Source of the DNA: an uncultured Candidatus Saccharibacteria bacterium
GTDB lineage: Bacteria > Patescibacteriota > Minisyncoccia > Phycocordibacterales > Phycocordibacteraceae
Assembly: GCA_964595305.1 (NCBI GenBank)
Contig: CAZQPW010000002.1
Coordinates: 1-56,413, forward strand
Length of the DNA: 56,413 nucleotides
Reading direction: 5' to 3'
Below are positions 36,828-44,929 of the stretch, piece after piece. The position numbers and the translations under genes are program-made. The notes beneath the pieces were generated by a model that saw only the letters and a program-made list of their open reading frames with translations, searched no databases and was not told where the DNA came from. Position 1 is the first letter of the stretch, and each line of letters starts with the position of its first letter.

Positions 36828-37394
36828 TTAGGAACGGGACGAAATTTTAATTGCTTCGCGGATGCGGCCTTCCGTGTCAGTAATAGAGCGGGGGATCAGT
36901 TTGAGCGTAGCTTGCGCTTCCTTGAGCGTGTAGCCCAGGTGCTGGAGTGCGTCGACAACATCAGCGTCAGGAGAGTCGTCGCTGTCCGTACCAAGCTCTG
37001 CCACTTTGTCGCGCAACTCCAGAACTAATTTCTCGGCAGTTTTTTTACTGAGACCAAATGCTGCAACCAGGCGGCCGGCGTCGCCTGAGGCGACGCCGGC
37101 CTTGAGTGAACCCACATCCGCACTATTCATTATCTGCATCGCAGATTTTGGACCAATGCCCGAAACAGTAAGCAGGAGCTGAAACCACATCAGTTCGTCG
37201 CGCGTTGCAAAGCCAAAAAGGTCGCTCGCGGTTTCTCGCACCGCATGGTGAGTAAACAGGGTAACCGGAGTGCCCTCTGGACACTTACTCAGCATTTCGC
37301 CGGTCACTACCACTTCGTATCCAACGCCTCCAACCGCCACTATGAGACTCGTGCGTATACTGCCTACCACCGTCCCGTCGAGCCAGCTAATCAT
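36828..37394 (-). CDS. ruvA: Holliday junction DNA helicase subunit RuvA
   Basis: The internal ATG at 37394 gives MISWLDGTVVG..., the canonical RuvA start. HhH motifs are present (LLTVSGIGPKSAMQI and GLSKKTAEKLVLEL). The track's N-terminal extension overlaps the rpsT promoter. Confidence 0.85.
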   Translation of the reverse strand: MISWLDGTVVGSIRTSLIVAVGGVGYEVVVTGEMLSKCPEGTPVTLFTHHAVRETASDLFGFATRDELMWFQLLLTVSGIGPKSAMQIMNSADVGSLKAGVASGDAGRLVAAFGLSKKTAEKLVLELRDKVAELGTDSDDSPDADVVDALQHLGYTLKEAQATLKLIPRSITDTEGRIREAIKISSRS

Positions 37395-37431
37395 GTTTGC
37401 ATTGTAGCAGAGCGTGCGGTATAATGCAGCT

Positions 37432-37695
37432 ATGGCACTCATTAAATCAGCGAAGAAGGCAATCCGTTCGAGCGAGCGCAAGTACGTCTTAAACGTACGC
37501 CGCAAGCGTGCTCTCCATGCAACAATGAAGGATGCGCGAGCAACTGCTGGTAAGTCGATGAAGGATCAAAAGGTAGAACTCGCAGCAGCGTACCAAGCAA
37601 TCGACAAAGCACTCAAGCGCGGCATTATTAAGAAGAACACTGCAGCAAGAAAGAAGTCTCGGCTTGCAAAATTCCTCAAACGCTCGGCAAAATAA
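37432..37695 (+). CDS. rpsT: 30S ribosomal protein S20
   Basis: MALIKSAKKAIRSSERKYVLNVRRKRA is the typical S20 N-terminus. ATG at 37432. Confidence 0.9.
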   Translation: MALIKSAKKAIRSSERKYVLNVRRKRALHATMKDARATAGKSMKDQKVELAAAYQAIDKALKRGIIKKNTAARKKSRLAKFLKRSAK

Positions 37696-37703
37696 GCGAG
37701 CTT

Positions 37704-37729
37704 AAAAGGCCCTCAGTTGAGGGCCTTTT
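37704..37729. terminator. Bidirectional intrinsic terminator shared by rpsT and dedA
   Basis: AAAAGGCCCTC-agtt-GAGGGCCTTTT, flanked by an A-run and a T-run. The dedA stop codon lies inside the stem. Confidence 0.75.
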
Positions 37730-38351
37730 TCTTTTTTCTTCTGAGCCAAAAAATCGCACCAACACCTACAGCCAAAGTGAGAATAAAAACGATGGATTCG
37801 ATCGACTCCAGTATTTTGTGCAAATATTTTCCTACGTACCACCCAACGATCCCCAAAATAAATGCTCGCAAAAAACCGCCGATTAAAGTAGTAATCAAGA
37901 ATTGTCTGATTGGGTAGCGGACTACACCGCAGGCAAGGTTGATCAGTATTGACGGGACAAAAGGGGTTGCTCGTAGGCCAATCAGTACATACTCATCAGT
38001 ATGCGATTGGGAAAGAAGCTTGGTGTACGACTCTACGTCGCTCCAGCTCACGCCGATCCAAGGGCCGAACCGTACTATCACCGGCTTACCGAAATAGTAG
38101 ATGATCCCGTACATCACCGCTGAGCCTAGTGCAAAGCCGAACGCGGCTGGCAGTGCAACCAAAAAAAGAATTGTAGCTATGAGCGGAACGCCGAACTGTA
38201 TGCCTTGTGTTAGTATGCTGCTCGCGCCGATCACTATTGCCGCTGAGGGGAGAGGGGCGAAAACTTCTTCGGCAAACGTTGCAATGAATACGCCGAGCGC
38301 ACCCATACTGTGCACGAGCGCAATCAGCTCCATTCCATACTGCTCAAACAT
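37713..38351 (-). CDS. dedA: DedA/VTT-domain membrane protein
   Basis: 212-aa multi-TM ORF. The pattern FAEEVFAPLPSAAIVIGASS...GRFLR-type is typical of DedA. Confidence 0.7.
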   Translation of the reverse strand: MFEQYGMELIALVHSMGALGVFIATFAEEVFAPLPSAAIVIGASSILTQGIQFGVPLIATILFLVALPAAFGFALGSAVMYGIIYYFGKPVIVRFGPWIGVSWSDVESYTKLLSQSHTDEYVLIGLRATPFVPSILINLACGVVRYPIRQFLITTLIGGFLRAFILGIVGWYVGKYLHKILESIESIVFILTLAVGVGAIFWLRRKKKKALN

Positions 38352-38430
38352 TGTTTAAGTATAGCAGGGCATGCAGAAACGATTGCTAATGTCTACAATG
38401 AACAGTATCAGTGAAGCAACTTACTCTCGT

Positions 38431-38781
38431 CTACGCTTGCCCCATGGTTTTCTTGTAAAGAGCTTTAGTCTGAGCTGCAACCTGCTCGTCTTTAACGAGG
38501 GCATCAATAAATTCTGGCAAACGCATGTACATAAGTTTTGTCATTACGGGCGGCATCCCTTCGGTATAGTCATGGATCGCAAGTGAAAGCATCAATATAA
38601 TACCCTCTGGCACACGCTCCTCACCTGCACTTTTTAGTAACAGCGGGAAAAATCTTTCGCGTAAGTGAGGCTCATCGATAACTCCGATAAGACGACGCAG
38701 CATCTCTTCTCGGCTGGGGAGCGTAATTAAGTTTTTATCTTTCGGGCCCCCCTCTCTTTCCGCACCAACCTTTTCGGACAT
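38431..38781 (-). CDS. Hypothetical protein
   Basis: 116-aa ORF with no recognised motif. Confidence 0.45.
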   Translation of the reverse strand: MSEKVGAEREGGPKDKNLITLPSREEMLRRLIGVIDEPHLRERFFPLLLKSAGEERVPEGIILMLSLAIHDYTEGMPPVMTKLMYMRLPEFIDALVKDEQVAAQTKALYKKTMGQA

Positions 38782-38874
38782 AAAATTATTTTTTCAGGTA
38801 GAATAATAGTTCTAATTGTATCACGCTTTTAAATTTTTACAAACGAGATTGACTTCACTTGCTATGCGAGGTAT

Positions 38875-39258
38875 ATGTTCTTTATGTCCAACAAGGAAGG
38901 CAAAAAAGAGGTGTTTGACTTAACGCCAGTTTCGGTTGAACGGATGACTGTTAAATTGGCGCTCGCTAAAGCAGCACAAAAAGCAGGAAGGGCATCTCTC
39001 GAAGTTGTTGACGACCGAGTCTCGGAGCACATTATTCTCAACCCAGAGCTATATAAAAAAATCCTATCGCTTGAGAAAATTAACATTTTGCCGGGGCGTA
39101 TTTCAGAGTCAACCGTAGAGGGTGTACGTTTTAGTCTTAGGGATGACAAATTTATTCCTTGTAGTGTAAAACTTAATGCTGTCTGGAATCCAGACGAATA
39201 CCAAATCGTCCGAATCGGAGGAAGAAAGGTTCTTCAAATACGAAGAGAAACAAAATAA
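38875..39258 (+). CDS. Hypothetical protein
   Basis: 127-aa ORF preceded by a TTGACT ... TATATG promoter-like pair. No recognised motif. Confidence 0.45.
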   Translation: MFFMSNKEGKKEVFDLTPVSVERMTVKLALAKAAQKAGRASLEVVDDRVSEHIILNPELYKKILSLEKINILPGRISESTVEGVRFSLRDDKFIPCSVKLNAVWNPDEYQIVRIGGRKVLQIRRETK

Positions 39259-39304
39259 GGAAGCGTTTTAATTATTACGCTGTTGTGATATAATTTGTTT
39301 TACT

Positions 39305-39379
39305 GCTCCCGTCGTTCAATGGATAGGACGCCTCCTTGCGGAGGAGGCAATGTGGGTTCGATTCCTGCCGGGAGCACCA
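39305..39379 (+). tRNA. tRNA-Arg (anticodon GCG), CCA encoded
   Basis: Acceptor GCUCCCG/CGGGAGC, D arm GUUC/GGAC, anticodon stem CCUCC/GGAGG with loop UUGCGGA, T arm GUGGG-UUCGAUU-CCUGC. Discriminator A is followed by CCA (39377-39379). Confidence 0.8.
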
Positions 39380-39383
39380 GTAT

Positions 39384-39851
39384 TTACGCCAAGCCGACCC
39401 AGTCGGCAACACGCAAAGAAAGCGAGTCGAGTGTATCGGCGCGCTCGATTTTTTTTGACTTTAATATTGCCTCCACTCGTTCGCCGGGTGTGTGCTCGAG
39501 AGGGATCATGTGTACCGGTACGAGCCCCACGTTTACACGGAAGAGAAAATACTCACGGTCGTTTCTTTTGCTAAGCGCAAACGACAAAATGTTTTGGTAT
39601 GGGTGGAATATTCCGCCGACTACGATGCCCTCTTCTCGCAACTCTACTTTATGGCGGACTGACTTTCGGCCTGCGACTAGTGCAATGCATATACCCGCAC
39701 ATAAAAGAATGAGTGCAAATAGTATGTTGCCCGCGATGAGCGAGGAGAGCGCAGAGCCTACCGTGATTATAGTGAGCGCTATATACCAGCTCGCGGGCTT
39801 CGGCGTGTACTCGGCTTCGTATGTTTCCCAGGAAAGTAGGGGAGCTGTCAT
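39384..39851 (-). CDS. Two-TM membrane protein with a small cytoplasmic domain
   Basis: 155 aa. A hydrophobic hairpin (WYIALTIITVGSALSSLIAGNILFALILLCAGICIALVAG) is followed by a soluble domain of about 90 aa. Confidence 0.5.
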   Translation of the reverse strand: MTAPLLSWETYEAEYTPKPASWYIALTIITVGSALSSLIAGNILFALILLCAGICIALVAGRKSVRHKVELREEGIVVGGIFHPYQNILSFALSKRNDREYFLFRVNVGLVPVHMIPLEHTPGERVEAILKSKKIERADTLDSLSLRVADWVGLA

Positions 39852-39868
39852 GCCCCTTTAGTATATCG

Positions 39869-40687
39869 CTACTTTTTTGCTTGGAAGACGGCTGCTATTT
39901 CTGGAGAGGTAAAAATGGTCTGTGCGATCTCTCCGTACGTGTAGGATGTCCCGCCAACCTCAATTACTGCGCCGCCAACTTCCGGGGTTGCGTTTGGTTT
40001 CGAACGGGCGAGGCCGATGTTGTAGAGCGTTGCTACGACGCCAGGGTTATTTTGGATCGGGAAGCCGGCCGCATTCCACTCGTCTTCAACGATACGTATG
40101 TAGAGTGCAGTGTAGAGCCATTGATAATAGTGGTCGTGCGCGTCTGTGAGTCTTAGATAGCGAGCGTCGTTTGGCTTTTCGTCTGGCTTATATGCAAGTA
40201 ATGGCTTGAGCGAGTTCGGTGCGCGGCGCTCAATATCTATTGCAGCGTCTGGCTTGATCCCTGAGATGCCGAGCGAGAACTGTGACATCGCGCCAAGGAT
40301 TTTAAGTGGTTCAAACACGCGCTTAAACACCTCGCGCTCACTGGTAAAGAATCTAAGCTGTTCGGGGAGTGCTACCGCCGCAATCATTTCAGGAGGTACG
40401 CCTGTTTCAGTGCTGACTCGTTTGACCACTGCTGCGTCTTTACTAAGCCCTGCAAGAACCGTTGCCCACTCGCTTGTTGATTCGATCGGGCAAGGTATCG
40501 TGCACTTCATTGCGTCACTTTGTATTGCTGAGGCAAAAAACGCATTACGCTCCGCAATGGAACCGCGGACCGTAAACCACTCGAACTCCATTCCCACAAA
40601 CACGAGCACGAATGCTACCCCAACGAGGGCAAGTGCGTGCACCACTGCATGGTAAAAAAGTCTGAGGTAGTCTTGAGGCATGGGCAT
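39869..40687 (-). CDS. Membrane-anchored hypothetical protein
   Basis: 272 aa with an N-terminal TM helix (VVHALALVGVAFVLVFVGM). No recognised motif. Confidence 0.5.
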   Translation of the reverse strand: MPMPQDYLRLFYHAVVHALALVGVAFVLVFVGMEFEWFTVRGSIAERNAFFASAIQSDAMKCTIPCPIESTSEWATVLAGLSKDAAVVKRVSTETGVPPEMIAAVALPEQLRFFTSEREVFKRVFEPLKILGAMSQFSLGISGIKPDAAIDIERRAPNSLKPLLAYKPDEKPNDARYLRLTDAHDHYYQWLYTALYIRIVEDEWNAAGFPIQNNPGVVATLYNIGLARSKPNATPEVGGAVIEVGGTSYTYGEIAQTIFTSPEIAAVFQAKK

Positions 40688-40732
40688 ACTATAGCAGTTG
40701 TGTAAAAAAAATGCATTCGATATGCTTACTAT

Positions 40733-41293
40733 GTGTCACACATTTTCCCTCCGGAGTCCTTGGTCTATCGCGCACTCGAACTCACTCCCATTGAGCGTGT
40801 GCGCGTAGTTATTCTTGGCCAAGATCCGTACCACGGCCCAGGGCAGGCAAACGGTCTTGCCTTTTCTGTTAACAAGGGTGTCCGGCTTCCTCCGTCGCTT
40901 CAAAATATTTACAAAGAAATTGAACGCGACCTCAACACTAAAAAAGATTTTACAAATGGTGACCTGGAGTTGTGGGCAACGCAAGGGGTCCTGCTACTTA
41001 ACTCCGCGCTCACTGTTGAGGAAGGGAAGCCCGGGAGCCACAAAGCAAAGTGGGAGCGTGCGACTGATCATATAATCAAAAAGGTTTCAGACCAAGCGTC
41101 GCATGTGGTGTTCATGCTCTGGGGCGCGTTTGCGCAAAGTAAGAAACCGCTCATCGATGCGTCAAAACATTTGATACTAGAAGCACCGCACCCATCGCCG
41201 CTTTCTGCACACCGCGGCTTCCTTGGTTGCGCGCACTTTTCAAAATGTAATGCGTATCTTGAGACGCACAACTTAAAACCGATCGAGTGGTGA
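40733..41293 (+). CDS. ung: Uracil-DNA glycosylase, family 1, N-terminally short
   Basis: [22 protein letters not shown] (water-activating loop), LLLNSALTV and HPSPLSA (Leu-intercalation loop). GTG start. 186 aa. Confidence 0.85.
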   Translation: MSHIFPPESLVYRALELTPIERVRVVILGQDPYHGPGQANGLAFSVNKGVRLPPSLQNIYKEIERDLNTKKDFTNGDLELWATQGVLLLNSALTVEEGKPGSHKAKWERATDHIIKKVSDQASHVVFMLWGAFAQSKKPLIDASKHLILEAPHPSPLSAHRGFLGCAHFSKCNAYLETHNLKPIEW

Positions 41294-42133
41294 TTACTCG
41301 TGGTCGATAATTATTGGAGTTTTTTGTTTTTTCTCGATCTGCTTCTTTTTTTCAGGAAGAATTATTTCACCCTCAAGTGGCTTTGGCGGTGGGAGTTCCT
41401 TTACCGCAGGCTTTTTTGCCTCTTTTTTTGAGGGAGCCTTTTCAGTCGGTTTTTCACGCTCGGTTGGTTCATCGTGATCCCTCCAAATTATCGGGTCAGC
41501 AGGGCGTGGCATGTTGGAGGGCATCCCGCGCCTCCGGTAGTCGAGTACGGCGTCTACGAGGTGCTCCTGTCTCGGTGAATGTTCCATGAGGTAGCCGACC
41601 ACGCGCGGCGCTGCTTCGCGCATGCTGATGTCCCGTTCATAAACGTCAGTGAGGTGTGCCTCAACTACTATCGCGTCTCTAAGCATGTTGTGGTCGTATC
41701 GCCACGCATTTGACGCGTATGCGAAAGCAAGTTTTTGATCGACGCCCATGCGCATTGCGTTGTCCATAAGCTCAACATATTTTTGTGCGTATTTTTCTGA
41801 CAAAAGTTCCGCAGGCATGGAACCGAACATCTTTCGAGTGTGGTGGATGTTATTAATGATGTGTAGCTGGAGGCCATGCATAAAGCTGTTCTGGAGTAGC
41901 TCGGCATCATCCCCAATATATTTATTGAGGTAGCTCATCTGCTTTGCGATCGTTCCTAATGTTCCGTGGAACCCAGTTGCCATGAATTTTTCAGTCGCAG
42001 CTGTTGCAAAACGTAGGTCCTCCTCTTCGTGTGCAACTTGGCGCTTCTCTTTGCTTCGGAAGAGGAAGAGTACGGGGAAGAGAGGCAAAACATGCGGCAG
42101 ATGTGAAAAGATGTCCATAGAAGTATTATACAA
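41294..42133 (-). CDS. Hypothetical protein with a K/E/P-rich C-terminal tail
   Basis: 279-aa ORF whose C-terminus reads EREKPTEKAPSKKEAKKPAVKELPPPKPLEGEIILPEKKKQIEKKQK. Confidence 0.45.
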   Translation of the reverse strand: MYNTSMDIFSHLPHVLPLFPVLFLFRSKEKRQVAHEEEDLRFATAATEKFMATGFHGTLGTIAKQMSYLNKYIGDDAELLQNSFMHGLQLHIINNIHHTRKMFGSMPAELLSEKYAQKYVELMDNAMRMGVDQKLAFAYASNAWRYDHNMLRDAIVVEAHLTDVYERDISMREAAPRVVGYLMEHSPRQEHLVDAVLDYRRRGMPSNMPRPADPIIWRDHDEPTEREKPTEKAPSKKEAKKPAVKELPPPKPLEGEIILPEKKKQIEKKQKTPIIIDHE

Positions 42134-42181
42134 CTACAAAAGACATTATGCAAGTTTCCGAACATACGATATAAAGAGGGA

Positions 42182-42691
42182 GTGAGGGTGGAGCAGTTAA
42201 AATTTGTACCAAGAAAGAGCTTTTATGGGGATACCCCGCGAGGGGTTTCGAACGTAGATTGGTTTCGGGCAGGAACGAACTATGCGCTCTCGAAAATTGA
42301 CGGAACTCCGAAGGCGTCACATGGATACTATCAGTGTATGGGCGTCGCAGTGGTTGGAGAGAGCGAAGACCAAAAACCGGTTTCCTTCTTGTCGCACCAG
42401 TCTCCTGGTGTTACTCGAGATGAAAATCGAGAACATTTCGAACCCAATATGCGTGCGCATCTCAGGCATATTAAAAAGATTTCAAGACCGGGGAGCATAA
42501 GAGCAGTCATTTTTGGTGGTGTGGCCAACGACAAACACAATCTGCGCGGCCTACTGCAACGTATCGTTCGCACATCGCTTGGGGTTGAGCCAGCGATAAT
42601 TAAAGCTTCCAAAGAAGATCTCGATCCGCCCATTCACGCAGCGCTAAACACGAGGAAACAAAAGCTCACACTACTACAGGAGGTGTGGTAA
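42182..42691 (+). CDS. Hypothetical protein
   Basis: 169-aa ORF with a non-ATG start in the track. No recognised motif. Confidence 0.4.
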   Translation: MRVEQLKFVPRKSFYGDTPRGVSNVDWFRAGTNYALSKIDGTPKASHGYYQCMGVAVVGESEDQKPVSFLSHQSPGVTRDENREHFEPNMRAHLRHIKKISRPGSIRAVIFGGVANDKHNLRGLLQRIVRTSLGVEPAIIKASKEDLDPPIHAALNTRKQKLTLLQEVW

Positions 42692-42694
42692 GAA

Positions 42695-43000
42695 TTAAAT
42701 TTTTACACCTTCTTTTTTAAGCAGCTTGATCTTAGTTTTAACTCCGCCTTTGCCAGAGTACCCGCCGAGCGTGCCGTCAGCACGCACGACTCTGTGGCAG
42801 GGCACAGCGGGAGCAAATGGGTTTGCGCCGACAGCATTAGCAACTGCGCGCACAGCGCGCGGCGCTCCAGCCATTTTTGCAAGCTCGGTGTACGTTACCG
42901 TTTTGCCTCGCGGAATTTTAACAAGCGCGTGCCAAACATCTTTCTGAAATTTTGTTCCTCGTGATGCGGCGATCTTTTTTTGCAGACGCAGGGTATTCAT
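42695..43000 (-). CDS. ogt: Methylated-DNA--protein-cysteine methyltransferase (Ogt/MGMT, C-terminal domain only)
   Basis: Active-site motif PCHRVV and helix-turn-helix TYTELAKMAGAPRAVRAVANAVGANP. I chose the ATG at 43000. Confidence 0.85.
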   Translation of the reverse strand: MNTLRLQKKIAASRGTKFQKDVWHALVKIPRGKTVTYTELAKMAGAPRAVRAVANAVGANPFAPAVPCHRVVRADGTLGGYSGKGGVKTKIKLLKKEGVKI

Positions 43001-43001
43001 A

Positions 43002-43313
43002 TTACACACTGAGAGCAACTAAAAGGTTGAGTGCAATGAATACCAAAATACAGCCGACAAACGCACCCAAGGATTTAAAAATGAACGGCAACACCTCATC
43101 CTTCTGGCCATCAAAGTATAGTCGGGCAGGTTGGTAGAAAAAGAGTACTCCCATAAGTGCGACCGAAAGCACGAGGAGGGAAAGCATAGTGAGTGGAAGG
43201 AGAAGCGTTTCGGGGAAGTCTTGCCCGTATTTAATAATGTTTTGCAGGCCAAATATTAGCAGCGTGATGTATCCGGCCGCATAAACGGCGTTCATGTATG
43301 GGTTTTTAAGCAT
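43002..43313 (-). CDS. Small three-TM membrane protein
   Basis: 103-aa hydrophobic ORF directly upstream of ogt. Confidence 0.5.
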   Translation of the reverse strand: MLKNPYMNAVYAAGYITLLIFGLQNIIKYGQDFPETLLLPLTMLSLLVLSVALMGVLFFYQPARLYFDGQKDEVLPFIFKSLGAFVGCILVFIALNLLVALSV

Positions 43314-43407
43314 AGCAATAGTACCACTCTACTACATTCTTTGGTTGCTGGCTTGCACGCCCAGCGTGTACGCGCTATTGTGACCGCATACACTTAAAAT
43401 CTATCCT

Positions 43408-43686
43408 ATGGCAAACAATGAGAGCTGTTTTATGAAAAAAACCTGTGGCATAAAAGAAGGGTGCGGCCACGGGTCAAAAGTTAAAAATGGAAAAGTCGTC
43501 AGTGGGCCGTGCAAAAACTTTGGGGGTTGCCTTGAAGCAGAAAGAGAACAGCAGCATTATCGTAGAAAAGAGGGGATGGAGAAGCCCGACGGCAGCGTAC
43601 GGAAAGGTTATAAGCCGTTTGTCCCCATCAACCATAGTGTAATCATGGTACTTAGTAACGGAGCCGTAATAGATATCGGGAGTTAG
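43408..43686 (+). CDS. Small Cys-rich hypothetical protein
   Basis: 92 aa. The N-terminal CFMKKTCGIKEGCGHG...GPCKNFGGC cluster suggests metal binding. Confidence 0.35.
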   Translation: MANNESCFMKKTCGIKEGCGHGSKVKNGKVVSGPCKNFGGCLEAEREQQHYRRKEGMEKPDGSVRKGYKPFVPINHSVIMVLSNGAVIDIGS

Positions 43687-43695
43687 TTAAAAAAT

Positions 43696-44067
43696 TTATT
43701 TCTTAACTACGTGAGTTGCGTAGTGTTCGCGGAGCTCTTTTATTAATCCGTCTTCAAACTCAAGCGCCATCATTCCGCGCATCTGCTTTTGTTCTCCATT
43801 TGGTTTTCCGTAATCACACTGCCACTCTACGAGGGCGCTCTCGTCGTCAACGAGCATCTTAATAACGCTTGGCCTTGGGCGCACTTGTTTTGCAATAGTA
43901 TTGTCTTTCCAATATTGAACGATCGCATCGATACCTCGGTACTCTTCGATACTAAACGGTTTGACAGCGTACAGTGCTCCAGCCGCAAAGATTTTATCTA
44001 AATTGCTCGCGTCTTGTCTCTCCCATGCGGAGAAGTATCTTGCTATCGTTTCTTTATTTCTTTCCAT
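43696..44067 (-). CDS. SnoaL/NTF2-like fold protein
   Basis: I chose the internal ATG at 44067 (MERNKETIARYFSAWERQDASNLDKIFA...) because the track extension runs through the tRNA-Ser gene. Confidence 0.6.
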   Translation of the reverse strand: MERNKETIARYFSAWERQDASNLDKIFAAGALYAVKPFSIEEYRGIDAIVQYWKDNTIAKQVRPRPSVIKMLVDDESALVEWQCDYGKPNGEQKQMRGMMALEFEDGLIKELREHYATHVVKK

Positions 44068-44154
44068 GGCGGAGGCGGAGCGATTCGAACGCTCGGTGGG
44101 TTGCCCCACGCCTGTTTTCAAGACAGGTGCACTAGACCACTATGCGACGCCTCC
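44067..44154 (-). tRNA. tRNA-Ser (anticodon UGA), class II, CCA encoded
   Basis: The minus strand reads GGAGGCGUCGCAUAGUGGUCUAGUGCACCUGUCUUGAAAACAGGCGUGGGGCAACCCACCGAGCGUUCGAAUCGCUCCGCCUCCGCCA. It has a long variable arm GUGGG-GCAA-CCCAC and anticodon loop CUUGAAA. Confidence 0.9.
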
Positions 44155-44403
44155 ATTTGAAGTATGCTCTAAAATGGCCTTTTTTTCAAGGAAGCCTGCG
44201 GGATGTTTAAGGTGCCACTCTCTTTTTGTCGCCGCTCCTTTCTCATCAAACGATTCTTTATATATCAATTTCCACGGTGTATACGGACGAGTTGATCTTG
44301 TTCCTCCAGAATTATGTTGGTGCAGCCTCTTTTCAATATTTGTAGTGCAACCAATGTAGTGCCTGTTAAAGCGAACACTCTTTATTATGTATACAAAATG
44401 CAT
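44140..44403 (-). CDS. Stand-alone GIY-YIG nuclease-domain protein (UPF0213-like)
   Basis: MHFVYIIKSVRFNRHYIGCTTNIEKRLHQHNSG... carries the GIY-YIG signature (VYII...YIG...R...H). The last 5 codons (GGVA-stop) are encoded by tRNA-Ser positions 1-15. Confidence 0.75.
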   Translation of the reverse strand: MHFVYIIKSVRFNRHYIGCTTNIEKRLHQHNSGGTRSTRPYTPWKLIYKESFDEKGAATKREWHLKHPAGFLEKKAILEHTSNGGVA

Positions 44404-44451
44404 GTGCCAGACCACTACCCCAACGGGGACCCTTCGGGTTGCGACGCCTCC
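44404..44451 (-). pseudogene. Duplicated 5' fragment of tRNA-Ser (acceptor + D arm) interrupted by a 22-nt double hairpin
   Basis: The minus strand reads GGAGGCGUCGCA[ACCCGAAGGGUCCCCGUUGGGG]UAGUGGUCUGGCAC. This matches positions 1 to about 26 of the intact tRNA 300 nt downstream. It abuts the GIY-YIG start codon. Confidence 0.7.
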
Positions 44452-44524
44452 GCTATAGAGTATGCGCTATTTTTGGTGTTTTTTCAAGATTTTATCTTTT
44501 CCGGCTGAGCGGTATACTGGTGCT

Positions 44525-44929
44525 ATGGCCAAGTACCTTGGGCTCGACTACGGCACTAAACGGGTGGGGGTTGCACTAACAGACGAAAGCGCGAGCGTCG
44601 GCTTCCCACGCGAAGCGCTCGACAACAACAGCAAGCTTATGCCTACGTTGATCAAGCTTATTCGAGCTGAACACGTTGACGAGGTGGTGATCGGCAAGTC
44701 AACCGACAAAGACGGCAAAGAAAATTCGCTGATGAAGGCCGTCCGAGACTTTGCGAACGAACTAGAGGCGAAGGCTAATCTCACTGTTCATTTTGAGCCA
44801 GAGTTTTATTCGAGTCAGGAGGTCCGCGCACACACCAAAAAGAAAATGCACGTCGACTCTCAAGCCGCTGCTATTATTCTGAATAGCTTCCTTACTAAAA
44901 TGAAAAGCTCAAAACACCCACATGATTAA
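44525..44929 (+). CDS. ruvX: YqgF/RuvX putative pre-16S rRNA nuclease
   Basis: MAKYLGLDYGTKRVGVALTDE is the canonical YqgF N-terminus. ATG at 44525. Confidence 0.85.
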   Translation: MAKYLGLDYGTKRVGVALTDESASVGFPREALDNNSKLMPTLIKLIRAEHVDEVVIGKSTDKDGKENSLMKAVRDFANELEAKANLTVHFEPEFYSSQEVRAHTKKKMHVDSQAAAIILNSFLTKMKSSKHPHD

